Shown here: piece by piece, positions 18,969 through 30,648 of the stretch
Layout: each line of letters begins with the position of its first letter
Position numbering within the stretch: the stretch's first letter is position 1
NCBI GenBank assembly: GCA_964616165.1
Contig: CAZTTS010000005.1
Coordinates: 15,651 to 79,650, forward strand
DNA length: 64,000 nt
Source of the DNA: an uncultured Lachnospiraceae bacterium
GTDB lineage: Bacteria; Bacillota; Clostridia; TANB77; CAG-508
Reading direction: 5' to 3'
Program-made: the position numbers and the translations under genes
The notes under the pieces: model-generated
The model's input: only the letters and a program-made list of their open reading frames with translations
Databases searched by the model: none
What the model was told of the DNA's origin: nothing

Positions 18969-21803
18969 TTATAGCATATATTTGCTCTTTTTTAAAGATT
19001 GACCTGTATATGATTGTTTAGATCTGACGATTTCTTCAGGAGTTCCTTCAATAATTATTCTTCCTCCAGCATCTCCACCTTCAGGACCCAAATCAATAAT
19101 ATGGTCTGCTGTTTTAATTAAATCCATATTATGTTCAATAACAATAACTGTATTCCCTGAATCAACTAATCTGTTTAAAATTTCTATTAATTTTGCAATA
19201 TCATGAGTATGTAGTCCTGTTGTTGGTTCATCTAGTACATACAAAGTTTTACCTGTTGATCTTTTAGATAATTCTTTTGATATCTTAATTCTTTGAGCTT
19301 CACCACCTGATAATGTAGTAGAGTTTTGTCCTAATTTTAAATATCCTAATCCTACATCTATTAATAATTGTAATTTATTTTTTATTTTAGGTAAATTTTG
19401 GAATAAGTCTATTGCTTCATATGCGTTCATATCTAAAACATCAGCAATATTTTTTCCTTTAAATCTTACTTCTAAAGTTTCTTTATTATATCTTTTACCA
19501 TTACATACTTCACAAGGAACATACACATCAGGTAAGAAATGCATCTCTATTTTAATTAAACCATCACCTTCGCAAACTTCACATCTTCCGCCTTTAACAT
19601 TAAAAGAAAATCTACCTTTTTTATATCCTCTCATCTTTGCTTCATTAGTTGTAGCAAAAACATCACGTATTTCATCCATAACACCAGTATATGTTGCTGG
19701 ATTAGATCTAGGAGTTCTTCCTATAGGTGATTGATCAATGCTAATTATTTTATCAATATTATTTAATCCTTTTATTTCATCCACTTCTCCCGCTTTATCA
19801 TATGTTTTATTTAATTTGTTTTTTACATTTAAATAAAGTGTTTCATAAATTAGTGAAGATTTACCTGAACCAGAAACTCCTGTTACTAGAATTAGTTTAC
19901 CCAATGGGATTTTTACATCTATATTTTTCAAATTATTTTCTTTAGCACCTATTATGTCAATATATTTACCACTTCCTTTTCTTCTCTTTTTAGGAAGAGG
20001 AATTGAAAGTTCACCAGATAAATATTTACCAGTTATAGATTGTTTAACTTTAATAATATCATTAACACTACCTTGAGCAATTATTCTTCCACCATTTATA
20101 CCGGCTTCTGGGCCAATATCTATTATTTGGTCTGCTGCTCTCATAGTATCTTCATCATGTTCTACAACTATTACAGTATTACCTAAATCTCTTAAGTTTT
20201 TTAAAGTTGCAAGTAATTTATTATTATCTCTTTGGTGCAAACCAATACTAGGTTCATCTAGTATATATATAACTCCTGTAAGACCAGAACCTATTTGGGT
20301 AGCAAGTCTAATTCTTTGAGCTTCTCCACCTGACAAAGTTCCTGCTGCACGAGATAATGTTAAATACGATAGACCTACATTTTCTAAGAATTCTAATCTT
20401 TTGTTTGTTTCTTTTAATATAGCTTCAGCAATTAACATTTCAGTTTCATCAAGTTCAAGTTCATTTAAATATTTTCTTATCTTATCAATAGACATTGAAG
20501 TTAATTCATGAATATTTAAGTCTCCAACTAAGACATACAAAACTTCTGCTTTTAATCGTGTCCCATTACATTTTCTACAAGGCATTTCATGCATATATAG
20601 TTCATAAAAACGTCTCATCCCTTCTGACTTAGTTTCTCTATGTCTTCTTTCTAAAATTGGAATTACACCTTCAAATGGTCTTGTAAACCTTCTAATACCT
20701 GTTTCAGACTCATAAATAAAGTCAATTTCTTCATCACCTGTCCCATATAATATTTTATCCATAAAATCTTTTGGTAGATCTTTTATTTTTTTATTTAAAA
20801 TATTAACACCATAATGTTTACCAATAGATTCAAAGTACATTCTTGCCATTGTATCACTTCTTTTAAGTTCACTTGAACCAAAAGCTTTTATTCCATCATA
20901 TAATGTTTTTTCTCTGTCCGGTATAACTAAATCTTCACTTATTCTTAGTAAATATCCAATACCACTACATTGTTCACAAGCTCCATATGGACTATTAAAA
21001 GAAAATAGTCTTGGAGTTAATTCTTCAAATCCAATATTATGCTCAGGACAAGCATAATTTCCAGAATAACTAATACTTTTATTACCAACAACATCTATTA
21101 CAACAATATTGTTTGCAAATTTCATAGCAACTTCAATAGATTCTGTTAATCTTTGTCTTATTCCATCTTTTATAACTAATCTATCAACAATAATATCTAT
21201 ATTATGTTTTTTATTCTTTTCTAATTCAATTGTATCAAAAGATAAGTCATAAAGTTTCCCATCAATTTTTGCTCTAACAAATCCTTGTTTTTGCATATCA
21301 TCAATTATATTTTTATGTTCACCTTTTTGTCCCCTAACAATTGGTGCCAAAACTTGAATTCTTGAATTTTCTTTTATTTTTAAAACCGAATCTACAATTT
21401 GATCAATTGATTGTTTTTGAATTTTTCTTCCACAAATTGGACAATGCGGTATTCCAATTCTTGCATACAGTAATCTTAAATAATCATAGATCTCTGTTAC
21501 TGTTCCTACCGTTGATCTTGGATTATTAGATGTTGTTTTTTGATCTATTGAAATTGCAGGAGATAATCCATCAATTGATTGAACATCTGGTTTATTCATC
21601 ATACCTAAAAACTGTCTTGCATAAGAAGATAGGCTTTCAACATATCTCCTTTGTCCTTCAGCATAAATTGTATCAAAAGCTAATGAAGACTTTCCAGAAC
21701 CAGATACACCTGTAATAACAACAAGTTTATTCTTTGGTATTTTTATATTTATATTTTTTAAATTATGCTCCTTCGCTCCCTTTATTATTATCTCATTACT
21801 CAT
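18969..21803 (-). CDS. uvrA: Excinuclease ABC subunit A
   Basis: 944 aa with two ABC ATPase modules ([10 protein letters not shown] twice), zinc-finger cysteines and LSGGE signatures. Confidence 0.95.
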   Translation of the reverse strand: MSNEIIIKGAKEHNLKNINIKIPKNKLVVITGVSGSGKSSLAFDTIYAEGQRRYVESLSSYARQFLGMMNKPDVQSIDGLSPAISIDQKTTSNNPRSTVGTVTEIYDYLRLLYARIGIPHCPICGRKIQKQSIDQIVDSVLKIKENSRIQVLAPIVRGQKGEHKNIIDDMQKQGFVRAKIDGKLYDLSFDTIELEKNKKHNIDIIVDRLVIKDGIRQRLTESIEVAMKFANNIVVIDVVGNKSISYSGNYACPEHNIGFEELTPRLFSFNSPYGACEQCSGIGYLLRISEDLVIPDREKTLYDGIKAFGSSELKRSDTMARMYFESIGKHYGVNILNKKIKDLPKDFMDKILYGTGDEEIDFIYESETGIRRFTRPFEGVIPILERRHRETKSEGMRRFYELYMHEMPCRKCNGTRLKAEVLYVLVGDLNIHELTSMSIDKIRKYLNELELDETEMLIAEAILKETNKRLEFLENVGLSYLTLSRAAGTLSGGEAQRIRLATQIGSGLTGVIYILDEPSIGLHQRDNNKLLATLKNLRDLGNTVIVVEHDEDTMRAADQIIDIGPEAGINGGRIIAQGSVNDIIKVKQSITGKYLSGELSIPLPKKRRKGSGKYIDIIGAKENNLKNIDVKIPLGKLILVTGVSGSGKSSLIYETLYLNVKNKLNKTYDKAGEVDEIKGLNNIDKIISIDQSPIGRTPRSNPATYTGVMDEIRDVFATTNEAKMRGYKKGRFSFNVKGGRCEVCEGDGLIKIEMHFLPDVYVPCEVCNGKRYNKETLEVRFKGKNIADVLDMNAYEAIDLFQNLPKIKNKLQLLIDVGLGYLKLGQNSTTLSGGEAQRIKISKELSKRSTGKTLYVLDEPTTGLHTHDIAKLIEILNRLVDSGNTVIVIEHNMDLIKTADHIIDLGPEGGDAGGRIIIEGTPEEIVRSKQSYTGQSLKKSKYML

Positions 21804-23769
21804 CTTTAACCTCTATGTATTTTTCTAATTCATAAATCTCATCTCTAATTTTGGCTGCTTCTTCAAAATTTAAATCATCTGCAAGTCTTACCATTTCTTC
21901 TGTTAACTTGTCAACAATTGCTTCAATATTATCAATATCATATTTTTCTTCATCTTCATAAATAACTGAAGCTTGTATAAGTTCTCTAATATCTTTCTTT
22001 ATAGTTTTTGGAATTATATTATTTGCTATATTATATTTTTCTTGTATTTCTCTTCTTCTATTTGTTTCTCTCAATGCTTTTTCCATAGAATCAGTAAGTT
22101 CATTTGCATACATTATAACTGTGCCTTCTGTGTTTCTTGCAGCTCTTCCCACAGTTTGAATTAGTGATCTTTCAGATCTTAAAAATCCTTCTTTATCTGC
22201 ATCTAATATTGCAACCAATGATACTTCTGGAATATCTAATCCTTCTCTTAATAGATTAATACCAACTAAAATATCAAATTCTCCCATTCTTAAGTCTTTT
22301 ATAATCTTCATTCTCTCTAATGTTTTAATATCTGAATGCATATATTCAGCTTTAATATCTAATGATTTTAAATATGCAGTTAAATCTTCAGCCTGTCTTT
22401 TAGTAAGAGTAGTAACTAATACTCTTTCTTGTTTTTCTACCCTTTTATGTATTTCATTTATTAAGTCATCAATTTGATTGTCACTTGGTTTAACCAATAT
22501 TTTAGGGTCTAAAAGTCCTGTTGGTCTGATTATTTGTTCAACAATATTTTCTTTTGACTTTTCTTTCTCGTAATCAGCAGGAGTTGCTGACATAAAAATA
22601 CATTGATTTATTCTTTCTTCAAATTCTTCAAAATTTAATGGTCTATTATCAAATGCAGATGGTAATCTAAAACCATAATTAACTAATGATTCTTTCCTCG
22701 CTTTATCCCCATTATACATTCCTCTTACTTGTGGTATTGTAGCATGTGATTCATCTACAACAATAACAAAATCATCTGGGAAATAGTTAAATAATGTATA
22801 TGGTGGTGAACCTGCTGGCCTACCAGATATATGTCTAGAATAATTTTCTATACCTTGGCAAAATCCAGTTTCTTTTAACATTTCTAAATCAAAATTAGTT
22901 CTTTCTTCAATTCTTTGTGCTTCAATTAATTTATTTCTATCTTTAAAATATTTTATTCTTTCGTTCTTTTCTACTTCAATTGTTTTAAGTGCTCTTTCCA
23001 TCTTATCACTTGTTGTAACATAATGTGAATTTGGATATATCATTACATGCTGTCTCGTAGCTTCCTTTTTGCCAGTCAATGTATTAATCTCATAAATACT
23101 ATCTATTTCATCACCAAAATAATCTATTCTGATAGCGGATTCTTCTCTGTTCGAAGGATATACCTCTAATACATCTCCCTTTGCTCTAAAAGTTCCCCTT
23201 TTAAAATCTATTTCATTTCTAGAATATTGCATGTCAACCAATCTTCTCATAACTTCATCTCTAGATTTTTTGTCTCCAGGCCTTAATGATACTATCATAT
23301 TTTCATAGTCAATTGGGTCTCCTAGTCCATATATACAAGATACTGAAGCTACAACAATAACATCTCTTGCTTCAAAGAGTGATGCAGTAGCAGAATGTCT
23401 AAGTTTGTCAATTTCATCATTAATAGATGCATCTTTGTCAATATATGTGTCTGTACTAGGTATATATGCTTCTGGTTGATAAAAATCATAATATGATACA
23501 AAGTATTCTACTCTATTATTAGGAAAGAATTCTTTAAACTCAGAATATAATTGTCCTGCCAATGTTTTATTATGTGCTAAAACAAGTACTGGTCTTTGCA
23601 CTTTTTCTATGACATTAGCAATAGTAAAAGTCTTACCTGATCCTGTTACTCCAAGCAGAGTTTGAAACTTTTCTCCATTTTCTATTCCATTACTTAAAAA
23701 TTCAATTGCTTTAGGTTGATCCCCTGTAGGTTTAAAGCTTGAATTTAATACAAATTTCTTTTCTTCCAT
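21796..23769 (-). CDS. uvrB: Excinuclease ABC subunit B
   Basis: 657 aa helicase-like with GVTGSGKT and a C-terminal UVR domain ([15 protein letters not shown]). 8-nt overlap with uvrA. Confidence 0.95.
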   Translation of the reverse strand: MEEKKFVLNSSFKPTGDQPKAIEFLSNGIENGEKFQTLLGVTGSGKTFTIANVIEKVQRPVLVLAHNKTLAGQLYSEFKEFFPNNRVEYFVSYYDFYQPEAYIPSTDTYIDKDASINDEIDKLRHSATASLFEARDVIVVASVSCIYGLGDPIDYENMIVSLRPGDKKSRDEVMRRLVDMQYSRNEIDFKRGTFRAKGDVLEVYPSNREESAIRIDYFGDEIDSIYEINTLTGKKEATRQHVMIYPNSHYVTTSDKMERALKTIEVEKNERIKYFKDRNKLIEAQRIEERTNFDLEMLKETGFCQGIENYSRHISGRPAGSPPYTLFNYFPDDFVIVVDESHATIPQVRGMYNGDKARKESLVNYGFRLPSAFDNRPLNFEEFEERINQCIFMSATPADYEKEKSKENIVEQIIRPTGLLDPKILVKPSDNQIDDLINEIHKRVEKQERVLVTTLTKRQAEDLTAYLKSLDIKAEYMHSDIKTLERMKIIKDLRMGEFDILVGINLLREGLDIPEVSLVAILDADKEGFLRSERSLIQTVGRAARNTEGTVIMYANELTDSMEKALRETNRRREIQEKYNIANNIIPKTIKKDIRELIQASVIYEDEEKYDIDNIEAIVDKLTEEMVRLADDLNFEEAAKIRDEIYELEKYIEVKDE

Positions 23770-23926
23770 TCTATTATTTTACCACTTTTTATATAATTTT
23801 TCCACATTAAAATTAGAATAACTAAATCTGTTTTATACAATAAAAACTCCCATCTTTTAGATAAGAGTTTCTTAATTTCTATACTTAATAATATCTTTGT
23901 TTATACATTTTATTTAATTAAATTAT

Positions 23927-24715
23927 TTAATGATGATGTCCTGTTATAAAATGTGTTGCAACTATAAATATTACACCTATTAAAATAGTAATAATAGTTT
24001 TTGTTTTTTCTTTCCCGTTTCCTTTTGTTTTCATGGTATGAATTGTATGAGGTAAAAGCTCAAAAAACGCAATATATATCATCATACCATTTGTTATAAG
24101 AAGCATAATAGCTATAACAAAGTCATTCATTAAAAGTTTTAAATTGGCAAACATTATCAGCCCACCCAAAAAACTAGTTAATGAAATAAATATAATATTA
24201 ATAATTGTTTTTAATTTACTATTATTTGACTTATAAAAAGCTCCTGCAAGCATTATGCCTAAAGGAATATTATGCAATCCAACACCAACAATTAATTTTA
24301 TTCCTAATGAAGTATTATTTGTAAGCATTCCATAAACTGCCATTCCTTCTATAATATTATGTAAGGAAATAGCAAGTCCTGTTACTATACCAATATGGCT
24401 ATAGTTTTCCTTACATTCATGTGTATGGTGTTCATCATGATTATGAACATATTTATCTAGAAACTTTAATATAAATATTCCAACAGTAGTAAATCCAATA
24501 ATAATTAATACTGAATATAAAGTATTAAAGTTTTTAGTTAAGCTTTCCCATATTTCAGGCAATAAGTCTAATGCAAGTAAAGTAATTATTACTCCTACTG
24601 CTAAATTCATACTTATATTAACAAATCTATCTTTGTTTTCATTCTTGATTAAGAATACTAATATAGCACCAATTATTGTAAATAAGCCCACACCTAATGT
24701 TAAAATTAAATTCAT
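23927..24715 (-). CDS. zupT: ZIP-family zinc transporter (ZupT-like)
   Basis: Eight TM segments, His-rich loop HNHDEHHTHE, conserved GLAISLHNIIEGMAV. Confidence 0.8.
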   Translation of the reverse strand: MNLILTLGVGLFTIIGAILVFLIKNENKDRFVNISMNLAVGVIITLLALDLLPEIWESLTKNFNTLYSVLIIIGFTTVGIFILKFLDKYVHNHDEHHTHECKENYSHIGIVTGLAISLHNIIEGMAVYGMLTNNTSLGIKLIVGVGLHNIPLGIMLAGAFYKSNNSKLKTIINIIFISLTSFLGGLIMFANLKLLMNDFVIAIMLLITNGMMIYIAFFELLPHTIHTMKTKGNGKEKTKTIITILIGVIFIVATHFITGHHH

Positions 24716-25542
24716 AATACCTCTTTCATTTTAACAACAAAAACTGACCTTTGATCTTTGTCTTCTTCTTTTGCACCTCTATATGAATGAATTTTATCTT
24801 TTTCACATACTGAACAAAGATTAGAATCATAAATATTTTCTTCTAGTACACCCATTTTTATCATCATTTTTTTATTTAAAAATATTGTATCAATATAATA
24901 TGTCCCTTCTTCTCCCGTTTTTTCTTTTATATATTTTTTAGAATCTATTTCTTTAAATTCTTTTTCAAACATGCTTTTAACATCTTCTTTTACCTCAAAA
25001 TGACATGTTCTAATACTTGGTGATATACAAACTATAATATCTTCTAAATTTGATTTAAATTCATTTTGAAAGATTATTAGAGTCTTCTCAATAATTCTTT
25101 TAATAGTTCCCTTCCATCCTGAATGAACATTTCCTAAAACTTTATTTTTCATATCATAAAATGAGAAAAGAATGCAATCAGCATTGAATGTCATAATAGC
25201 AACATCTGATCTAGTAGTAATTATACCATCAAAATTAGATCTTGATTTTTGCAAATCAAGATCTTTTTGAATAACTAATATTTTATCAGAATGTGTTTGA
25301 TCTAAATATACAATTTGGTCTAAATTTATATTAAATAAATCTGCTAATTTAAGATAGTTTTTTTCTCTATCTTTATTAGTTTCTTTTTTCCCAAAATCTA
25401 AATCTTTCAAAGTATATGCATTTTGTATTCCCAAATCATTTAATTTTAAAAATTCAAAATAATTAAAATCATTAACATTCTTTTCAATTATAATATCATT
25501 ATTAAATTTTGAATCTTTCATAGTTACACTTATGTCTTTCAT
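24712..25542 (-). CDS. pgeF: YfiH/PgeF family purine-nucleoside phosphorylase / peptidoglycan editing factor (Cu-oxidase_4 domain)
   Basis: NADCI..., HSGWKGT and C..CH.. / HSYR motifs of the YfiH family. ATGA overlap with zupT. Confidence 0.75.
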   Translation of the reverse strand: MKDISVTMKDSKFNNDIIIEKNVNDFNYFEFLKLNDLGIQNAYTLKDLDFGKKETNKDREKNYLKLADLFNINLDQIVYLDQTHSDKILVIQKDLDLQKSRSNFDGIITTRSDVAIMTFNADCILFSFYDMKNKVLGNVHSGWKGTIKRIIEKTLIIFQNEFKSNLEDIIVCISPSIRTCHFEVKEDVKSMFEKEFKEIDSKKYIKEKTGEEGTYYIDTIFLNKKMMIKMGVLEENIYDSNLCSVCEKDKIHSYRGAKEEDKDQRSVFVVKMKEVL

Positions 25543-25582
25543 TTATTTAAAGATTTACTTTAAAAATAAATTAAATTTTTTC

Positions 25583-26242
25583 TTATAAATCTTTAAAAGA
25601 GAACCACCAATCATAGCCTTCAATTTTACCAGCAGCTAGTTCTTTTCTTCTTGCTTCTGCAGCTTCTTCTGTTTTAGCTGGTGGTATAATTACTTTGTCT
25701 CCTATTATAGGGTTGTTTGGCCATTTTTCAGGTATTGCAACTCCATTTTTGTCAGAAACTTGTAAAGCTTTTACTGCTCTTAAAACTTCGTTAATATCTC
25801 TACCTATTTCTTGTGGATAATACATTATTAATCTAATAATTCCCTTATCATCCATTATAAATACTGCTCTAACTGTTGATGAACCTTTCGATGGGTGAAT
25901 CATTCCCAATTCAATAGCAACTCTTCCTAATGCATCTTCAATAATAGGGAAAGATATCTCAACATCTAGATTATCTTTTATCCACTCAGTCCATTTAATA
26001 TGTGAAAAAACTGAATCTACAGATAATCCTAGTAATTCAGTATCCATTTTTTTGAACTCATCAGCTTGTTGTGCAAACTCAACAAATTCTGTTGTACAAA
26101 CAGGTGTAAAATCACTTGGATGACTAAAAACTATAAACCATTTACCTGCATAATCTTGTGGTAATTTTTTCATTCCATGTGTTGTCATTATTTCCATTTC
26201 AGGAAATTTGTCTCCTAATACTCTCATTCTTTCCTCTTCCAT
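25583..26242 (-). CDS. Peroxiredoxin (1-Cys / Prx6-like)
   Basis: Peroxidatic FTPVCTTEF motif, 219 aa, strong RBS AAAGGAGGAAAAT before the first ATG. Confidence 0.85.
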   Translation of the reverse strand: MEEERMRVLGDKFPEMEIMTTHGMKKLPQDYAGKWFIVFSHPSDFTPVCTTEFVEFAQQADEFKKMDTELLGLSVDSVFSHIKWTEWIKDNLDVEISFPIIEDALGRVAIELGMIHPSKGSSTVRAVFIMDDKGIIRLIMYYPQEIGRDINEVLRAVKALQVSDKNGVAIPEKWPNNPIIGDKVIIPPAKTEEAAEARRKELAAGKIEGYDWWFSFKDL

Positions 26243-26398
26243 ATTTTCCTCCTTTTATTTGAATTAAGTATCTCTACTTTTATTTATTATATCACAAAAA
26301 ATATTTTTGTGATATAATATTTGTTTGTATTTATGTATCTCTATTAATTTTTGTTTGCTTATTTCGCCTTGTATTTTATTGCTTTCTTTATGCATTTT

Positions 26399-26929
26399 TT
26401 ATTTTTCTTTGTCTTCTCTCAAATACAAGATTTCTTTTCTTAAAGTGCTTTTATTTATATATTCAATATGTTCCTCAAAATTTAAGCTTTCTAAAACTTC
26501 TTTTATTTTCCTTTCCCTGTGCCCCACACTAATTGTATATTCAAATATAGGAATTTTATTTTTTCTTCTTTCTTGTAATTTTGAAATTACTAATTCTAAT
26601 AATAGCTTTTCAAATCCAATATTTGCTCTATTTTTCGCAATTGATAAATGCTGGAAATACACTCTTTTGTTTTTAATTGTTGAATTTTCAATATTTGGGT
26701 TATCAAATATTAATGTTAATTGAGCAATATACGTTTTATCTTCTCTAATTACATAGTATTGTATTTCACCTTTTTTAAATTTTAGTTCATTTAATTTTAT
26801 ATATTCTCTAAACTCTTTTTCTGATGCATTAAAAGAATCAAATAGCTTTAATAATTCATTTTCTCCTACTCTTATTAACGCATATTCTTTTGCTTTAGAT
26901 TTTTTTTCTTCTTCGTAATTATATTTCAT
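26399..26929 (-). CDS. GNAT-fold acetyltransferase-like protein
   Basis: Motif-A-like IAKNRANIGFEKLLLELV and a C-terminal ...LESLNFEE.. GNAT ending. Weak, with no recognisable partner. Confidence 0.4.
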   Translation of the reverse strand: MKYNYEEEKKSKAKEYALIRVGENELLKLFDSFNASEKEFREYIKLNELKFKKGEIQYYVIREDKTYIAQLTLIFDNPNIENSTIKNKRVYFQHLSIAKNRANIGFEKLLLELVISKLQERRKNKIPIFEYTISVGHRERKIKEVLESLNFEEHIEYINKSTLRKEILYLREDKEK

Positions 26930-27240
26930 TTGTTATCCTTTATAATATAATAGCTAATACCTGGATTATGATGCCAATGCTTAACTTTGATCATCTCATG
27001 TTTATATTCTTCTCTAATATATTTTTTTAGAACTTCACCTTTCGAATAACCGTGAAGCAAGACCATAATAATTTTTATATTAACTATATCTTTTTTAATA
27101 ATTTCAAATTCCTGATCTATTAATATTCTCGTTTCATCAATTGTTAAACCATGAAGATCAAGTATAAGTTTTTGTTCTAGTGGAATTAAATCAATATTTA
27201 TTTCATCTAATTTATTATTGTTTTTATTACTTACTTTCAT
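26926..27240 (-). CDS. Smr-domain protein (small MutS-related nuclease domain)
   Basis: LDLHGLTIDE ... IMVLLHGYSKGEVLKKYI matches the Smr LDLHG / hGkG..L pattern. 104 aa, ATGA overlap with the downstream gene. Confidence 0.6.
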   Translation of the reverse strand: MKVSNKNNNKLDEINIDLIPLEQKLILDLHGLTIDETRILIDQEFEIIKKDIVNIKIIMVLLHGYSKGEVLKKYIREEYKHEMIKVKHWHHNPGISYYIIKDNK

Positions 27241-27535
27241 TTTCTTGTGACATTTCTTTCATGTTTTCTAAATTTCTAACATTACTTTGATATACTCCAG
27301 CAAAATAAATATATACATAAAAAGATACATATCCCACAATAGCAATAAATATAATTGTCATTATTATAATTATAATTTTTGAAGTTATACTCATAGCAGT
27401 AGCAGTTGCCATTCCTTCTTTCATAGCTGCTTTTCTTTTTTTGTCTAATTGAACTTCATGGGCAACTATTTTATTAATATCATCAATTGTCTTTATATCT
27501 TTATGGTCTATTTCATTATATCTTTTATTTTCCAT
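27227..27535 (-). CDS. Small membrane protein (102 aa), unknown function
   Basis: One or two TM segments; 14-nt overlap with the Smr gene. Confidence 0.4.
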   Translation of the reverse strand: MENKRYNEIDHKDIKTIDDINKIVAHEVQLDKKRKAAMKEGMATATAMSITSKIIIIIMTIIFIAIVGYVSFYVYIYFAGVYQSNVRNLENMKEMSQENESK

Positions 27536-27553
27536 ATTAATTTTCTTTCTTCT

Positions 27554-30112
27554 TTAGTATAATAAAGAATAAATTTCTGTTAGTATTTCATCATTCTTAT
27601 ATATATATTCAAAATTTGTTTTGTCTTTTTTAGGATTTGATAACACATATCTTAGTCCAGTATATATCCCTGATTCTGAATTATCAAATATCCTAACATT
27701 CGGATAGTCTTGCACTATATCTCTTGTTTTTGTATCAGTAATTAAAATATCTTTATTTAATATTTTCGCTTCATTTAATACAATTGAATACTCTTCTTTT
27801 TCAGAAAATAAGCAAAAATACGAAGAGTTTTTAATATATGGATATGGATTTATTTTAGTACCAAGTAAAAATACTGATGTTTGTAATTTTTCTTCTCGAA
27901 TTAATTTCTTCAAATTTTTCATTTCAGGGCCATCACCTATAATGTAAATTTTGTGATCTAAGCCATCATTTAATACTCTTTTATGAACTCTAATAAATCT
28001 ATCTAATGCTTTATGTTTATATAATCTAACAACAGATAAAAGTGCTACAGTGTCTTCTGTCCATTCATATACAGATTCGGCTTCAGATTTAACAAAGATT
28101 CTTAAAGGATCTACATAATTTGTTATTATATCTTTGGGTATTCGTCTAACTTTTTTACTAATAAAAACCTTATTAAATCTTCTTAAACTTATTTCTCTAG
28201 CAAAGATTATTTTATCATATCTAGAATAAAGATTGCATAAATGTCTAATATAATTTTTATCTGATTTAGCATAAATATTATAGTCTTTATTATGAACCCA
28301 AGCTATTTTCTTAGCATCGTCATTATATGAGAATAAGCTTGTAATAGCTCCTTCATCAAATGCTATTATATCATCATAATTTCCTCTAATATATTTGTTA
28401 AAAATGTTTGGTTCAAAAAGCTTTAAGTATGCTAGTATGAAAAATTTTATAGTTGGTTTATAAGAATTAAAAGGTTTTTTGAAAAGTGATTTTACTTTTA
28501 TATTTAAATCTTCTTCAAATTCACCACCAGCAAATAATGTAAAAATTTCTACATCAATATCAGAATATTTTTTAGATAAACTATTACAAACATCAACCAA
28601 TATTCTGCTCACTCCTCCAATAGTAAGAGAAGTAATTCCAAAACAAACTCTTTTTTTCGAAACCAAGTTTTTCTTATATTCTATTTGCTCCTTTAATATT
28701 TCTATGTCTCTATCAGTTTCTCCTATATGGACTTTATTTATTAATATAACTAATATGGTTGAAAATATCATAGCTCCAGAAAAATCTAAGATAATATTAT
28801 TGTTTAGAATCATTAAAAAGGCTATAGATATTACTAATAATGATAGCATTATAAATTCTGAATCAATATTTTTAAATTTTAAAATAATAAAATATATTAA
28901 TTTAAATATTACATATATTATTGGAATAAAATATATAAAGTAGATAGCTTGCTCTTTAATTGAAAAATTTAATTCAATATTATTTCTTATAAAATTATAT
29001 ATAAGGTACATAATTAGAATAGATATAACTACTAGTATTGTACTAAACAAAAATCTTGTAAAAGAACTATTTAAGAAAGTATCTATTTTAGCTTGTTTCT
29101 TTTCTTTCTTTTTTTTCTTTAATCTTGTTTTAACTTCTTTTATTCCTGATCCATCTTCTTTTGTTAAGATTCTTTTTATTTCTAAATCATATAAATATTT
29201 CTTTATACTCTCTTTAGTTTTAAATCTCTTTTTTCTATTTAAATCATTATATCTATATATTCTTTTATCACTATAACCAGTAATAGTTCTACAATAATAA
29301 ATTTTGTCTCCACTCTTTAGTCTTCTAATTTTGTTTTTATCTATATCTCTAATTTTTTGCACAAATGAATATACTTTTTGTTTAATTAATCTATATAATT
29401 CAGATAGTGTTAATTGTTTTTTTACATATTTTTCTACAATCAAAGAAATAATATACATAAGAGCAATAATCAAAATTCCATAATATGAAGTTCTACTCTT
29501 TATGGTTGTAATTAAATAGCCTGATAATGAAATAAATAATATGAAAGAAAATGTTCTATCTTCTCTATATCTAAGTGATACTAATGCGATAAATAAAAGC
29601 ATTAATATAATTAACAATAAATTATTATGCCATATTAGTTCACTTTGTGATGTTAAAGATAATAACAAAATGGAAATTAAATAAATTGCTGCAGAATAAT
29701 TATAACTCATTCTAAGTTTAGTAGATTGTTTTCTAAAAAACAATTTGTATAGTATAACAAAATTAAGAACAAAAATAGTTAAATTATATATATTTAAAAG
29801 ATTTCCAATAAAATCTTCTTTACTAATTTGATTATTAAATAATTTATTATGAAAGATAAACAATATAACTGACGAATAAATAATATATATAAATGTTAAT
29901 ATAAAAAACTGTATTCTCTCTTTACCTTTTGCTTTATATAAAACATATATATATAGCATTAAAGGAATAATTAATTTTATTAAGTTAAATTGAAATAGAA
30001 AATCAAATGAAGAATTATTTATATAATGATTAAATAAAAAATCAAAAATCGGTATTAATAATATATAAAAATATACTAGATATTCAATTTTAAAACTTTG
30101 TTTCTTTTTCAT
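27554..30112 (-). CDS. Fusion protein: N-terminal polytopic membrane domain (about 12 TM, K-rich cytoplasmic loop) + C-terminal GT4-family glycosyltransferase
   Basis: C-terminal half has a GT4 signature (GITSLTIGGVSRILVD ... IIGDGPEMKNLKKL ... FCLFSEKEEYSIVLNEAKILNKDILITD). N-terminal 450 aa is hydrophobic/polytopic. Confidence 0.6.
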   Translation of the reverse strand: MKKKQSFKIEYLVYFYILLIPIFDFLFNHYINNSSFDFLFQFNLIKLIIPLMLYIYVLYKAKGKERIQFFILTFIYIIYSSVILFIFHNKLFNNQISKEDFIGNLLNIYNLTIFVLNFVILYKLFFRKQSTKLRMSYNYSAAIYLISILLLSLTSQSELIWHNNLLLIILMLLFIALVSLRYREDRTFSFILFISLSGYLITTIKSRTSYYGILIIALMYIISLIVEKYVKKQLTLSELYRLIKQKVYSFVQKIRDIDKNKIRRLKSGDKIYYCRTITGYSDKRIYRYNDLNRKKRFKTKESIKKYLYDLEIKRILTKEDGSGIKEVKTRLKKKKKEKKQAKIDTFLNSSFTRFLFSTILVVISILIMYLIYNFIRNNIELNFSIKEQAIYFIYFIPIIYVIFKLIYFIILKFKNIDSEFIMLSLLVISIAFLMILNNNIILDFSGAMIFSTILVILINKVHIGETDRDIEILKEQIEYKKNLVSKKRVCFGITSLTIGGVSRILVDVCNSLSKKYSDIDVEIFTLFAGGEFEEDLNIKVKSLFKKPFNSYKPTIKFFILAYLKLFEPNIFNKYIRGNYDDIIAFDEGAITSLFSYNDDAKKIAWVHNKDYNIYAKSDKNYIRHLCNLYSRYDKIIFAREISLRRFNKVFISKKVRRIPKDIITNYVDPLRIFVKSEAESVYEWTEDTVALLSVVRLYKHKALDRFIRVHKRVLNDGLDHKIYIIGDGPEMKNLKKLIREEKLQTSVFLLGTKINPYPYIKNSSYFCLFSEKEEYSIVLNEAKILNKDILITDTKTRDIVQDYPNVRIFDNSESGIYTGLRYVLSNPKKDKTNFEYIYKNDEILTEIYSLLY

Positions 30113-30192
30113 AATAACCTATAAAGCTTTCATATTTTTATCTTTAGTATATTTAAATATTATATCATATTTATAAATAAATAATTAATTAT

Positions 30193-30594
30193 TTATCTTT
30201 TAAAATTATAAGGTAGTAATTCTTTTAATGTATATACTTTTATTTCTGAATTACCAAAAACAAAGATTGGAAAACTTTCATCTACGAATTCTGATATAAA
30301 TTGTAAACAATGACCACATGGAATTACATCATCATCAAAGCCTTCTTTTTCATCATCTTTAGCAACAATAAAAAGTTTTTTAAATGATTTATCACCAGAA
30401 GAAATTGCAGATACAAATGCTGATCTTTCTGCACAAATACTTTGTATCCCATCTTCAATGTTTACACCTCTAAAGACGCCTTTTTCTGTAAATAATAAAG
30501 CTGAAACTCTATATTTGGTATATGGTGAATATGAATTATTTAAATTATTAATTAATTCACTTTTAAAAATTTCTAAATCTTTTGACTCAAACAT
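30193..30594 (-). CDS. cdd: Cytidine deaminase
   Basis: Zinc-binding CAERSA and PCGHCLQF motifs, 133 aa. Confidence 0.88.
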   Translation of the reverse strand: MFESKDLEIFKSELINNLNNSYSPYTKYRVSALLFTEKGVFRGVNIEDGIQSICAERSAFVSAISSGDKSFKKLFIVAKDDEKEGFDDDVIPCGHCLQFISEFVDESFPIFVFGNSEIKVYTLKELLPYNFKR

Positions 30595-30648
30595 ATTTAC
30601 CTCTTTAATTGTTGTATATTTTATTTTAAACTTATTTTTATATTTTAT

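Noticed and set aside
23770-23926. LexA (Cheo box GAAC-N4-GTTC) operator upstream of uvrB
   Set aside because: No GAAC...GTTC dyad is present in the intergenic region.
26325-26723. 132-aa + strand ORF between the peroxiredoxin and the GNAT-like gene
   Set aside because: Overlaps the GNAT-like gene on the opposite strand. Poly-L/F/S composition, no RBS and no recognisable domain.
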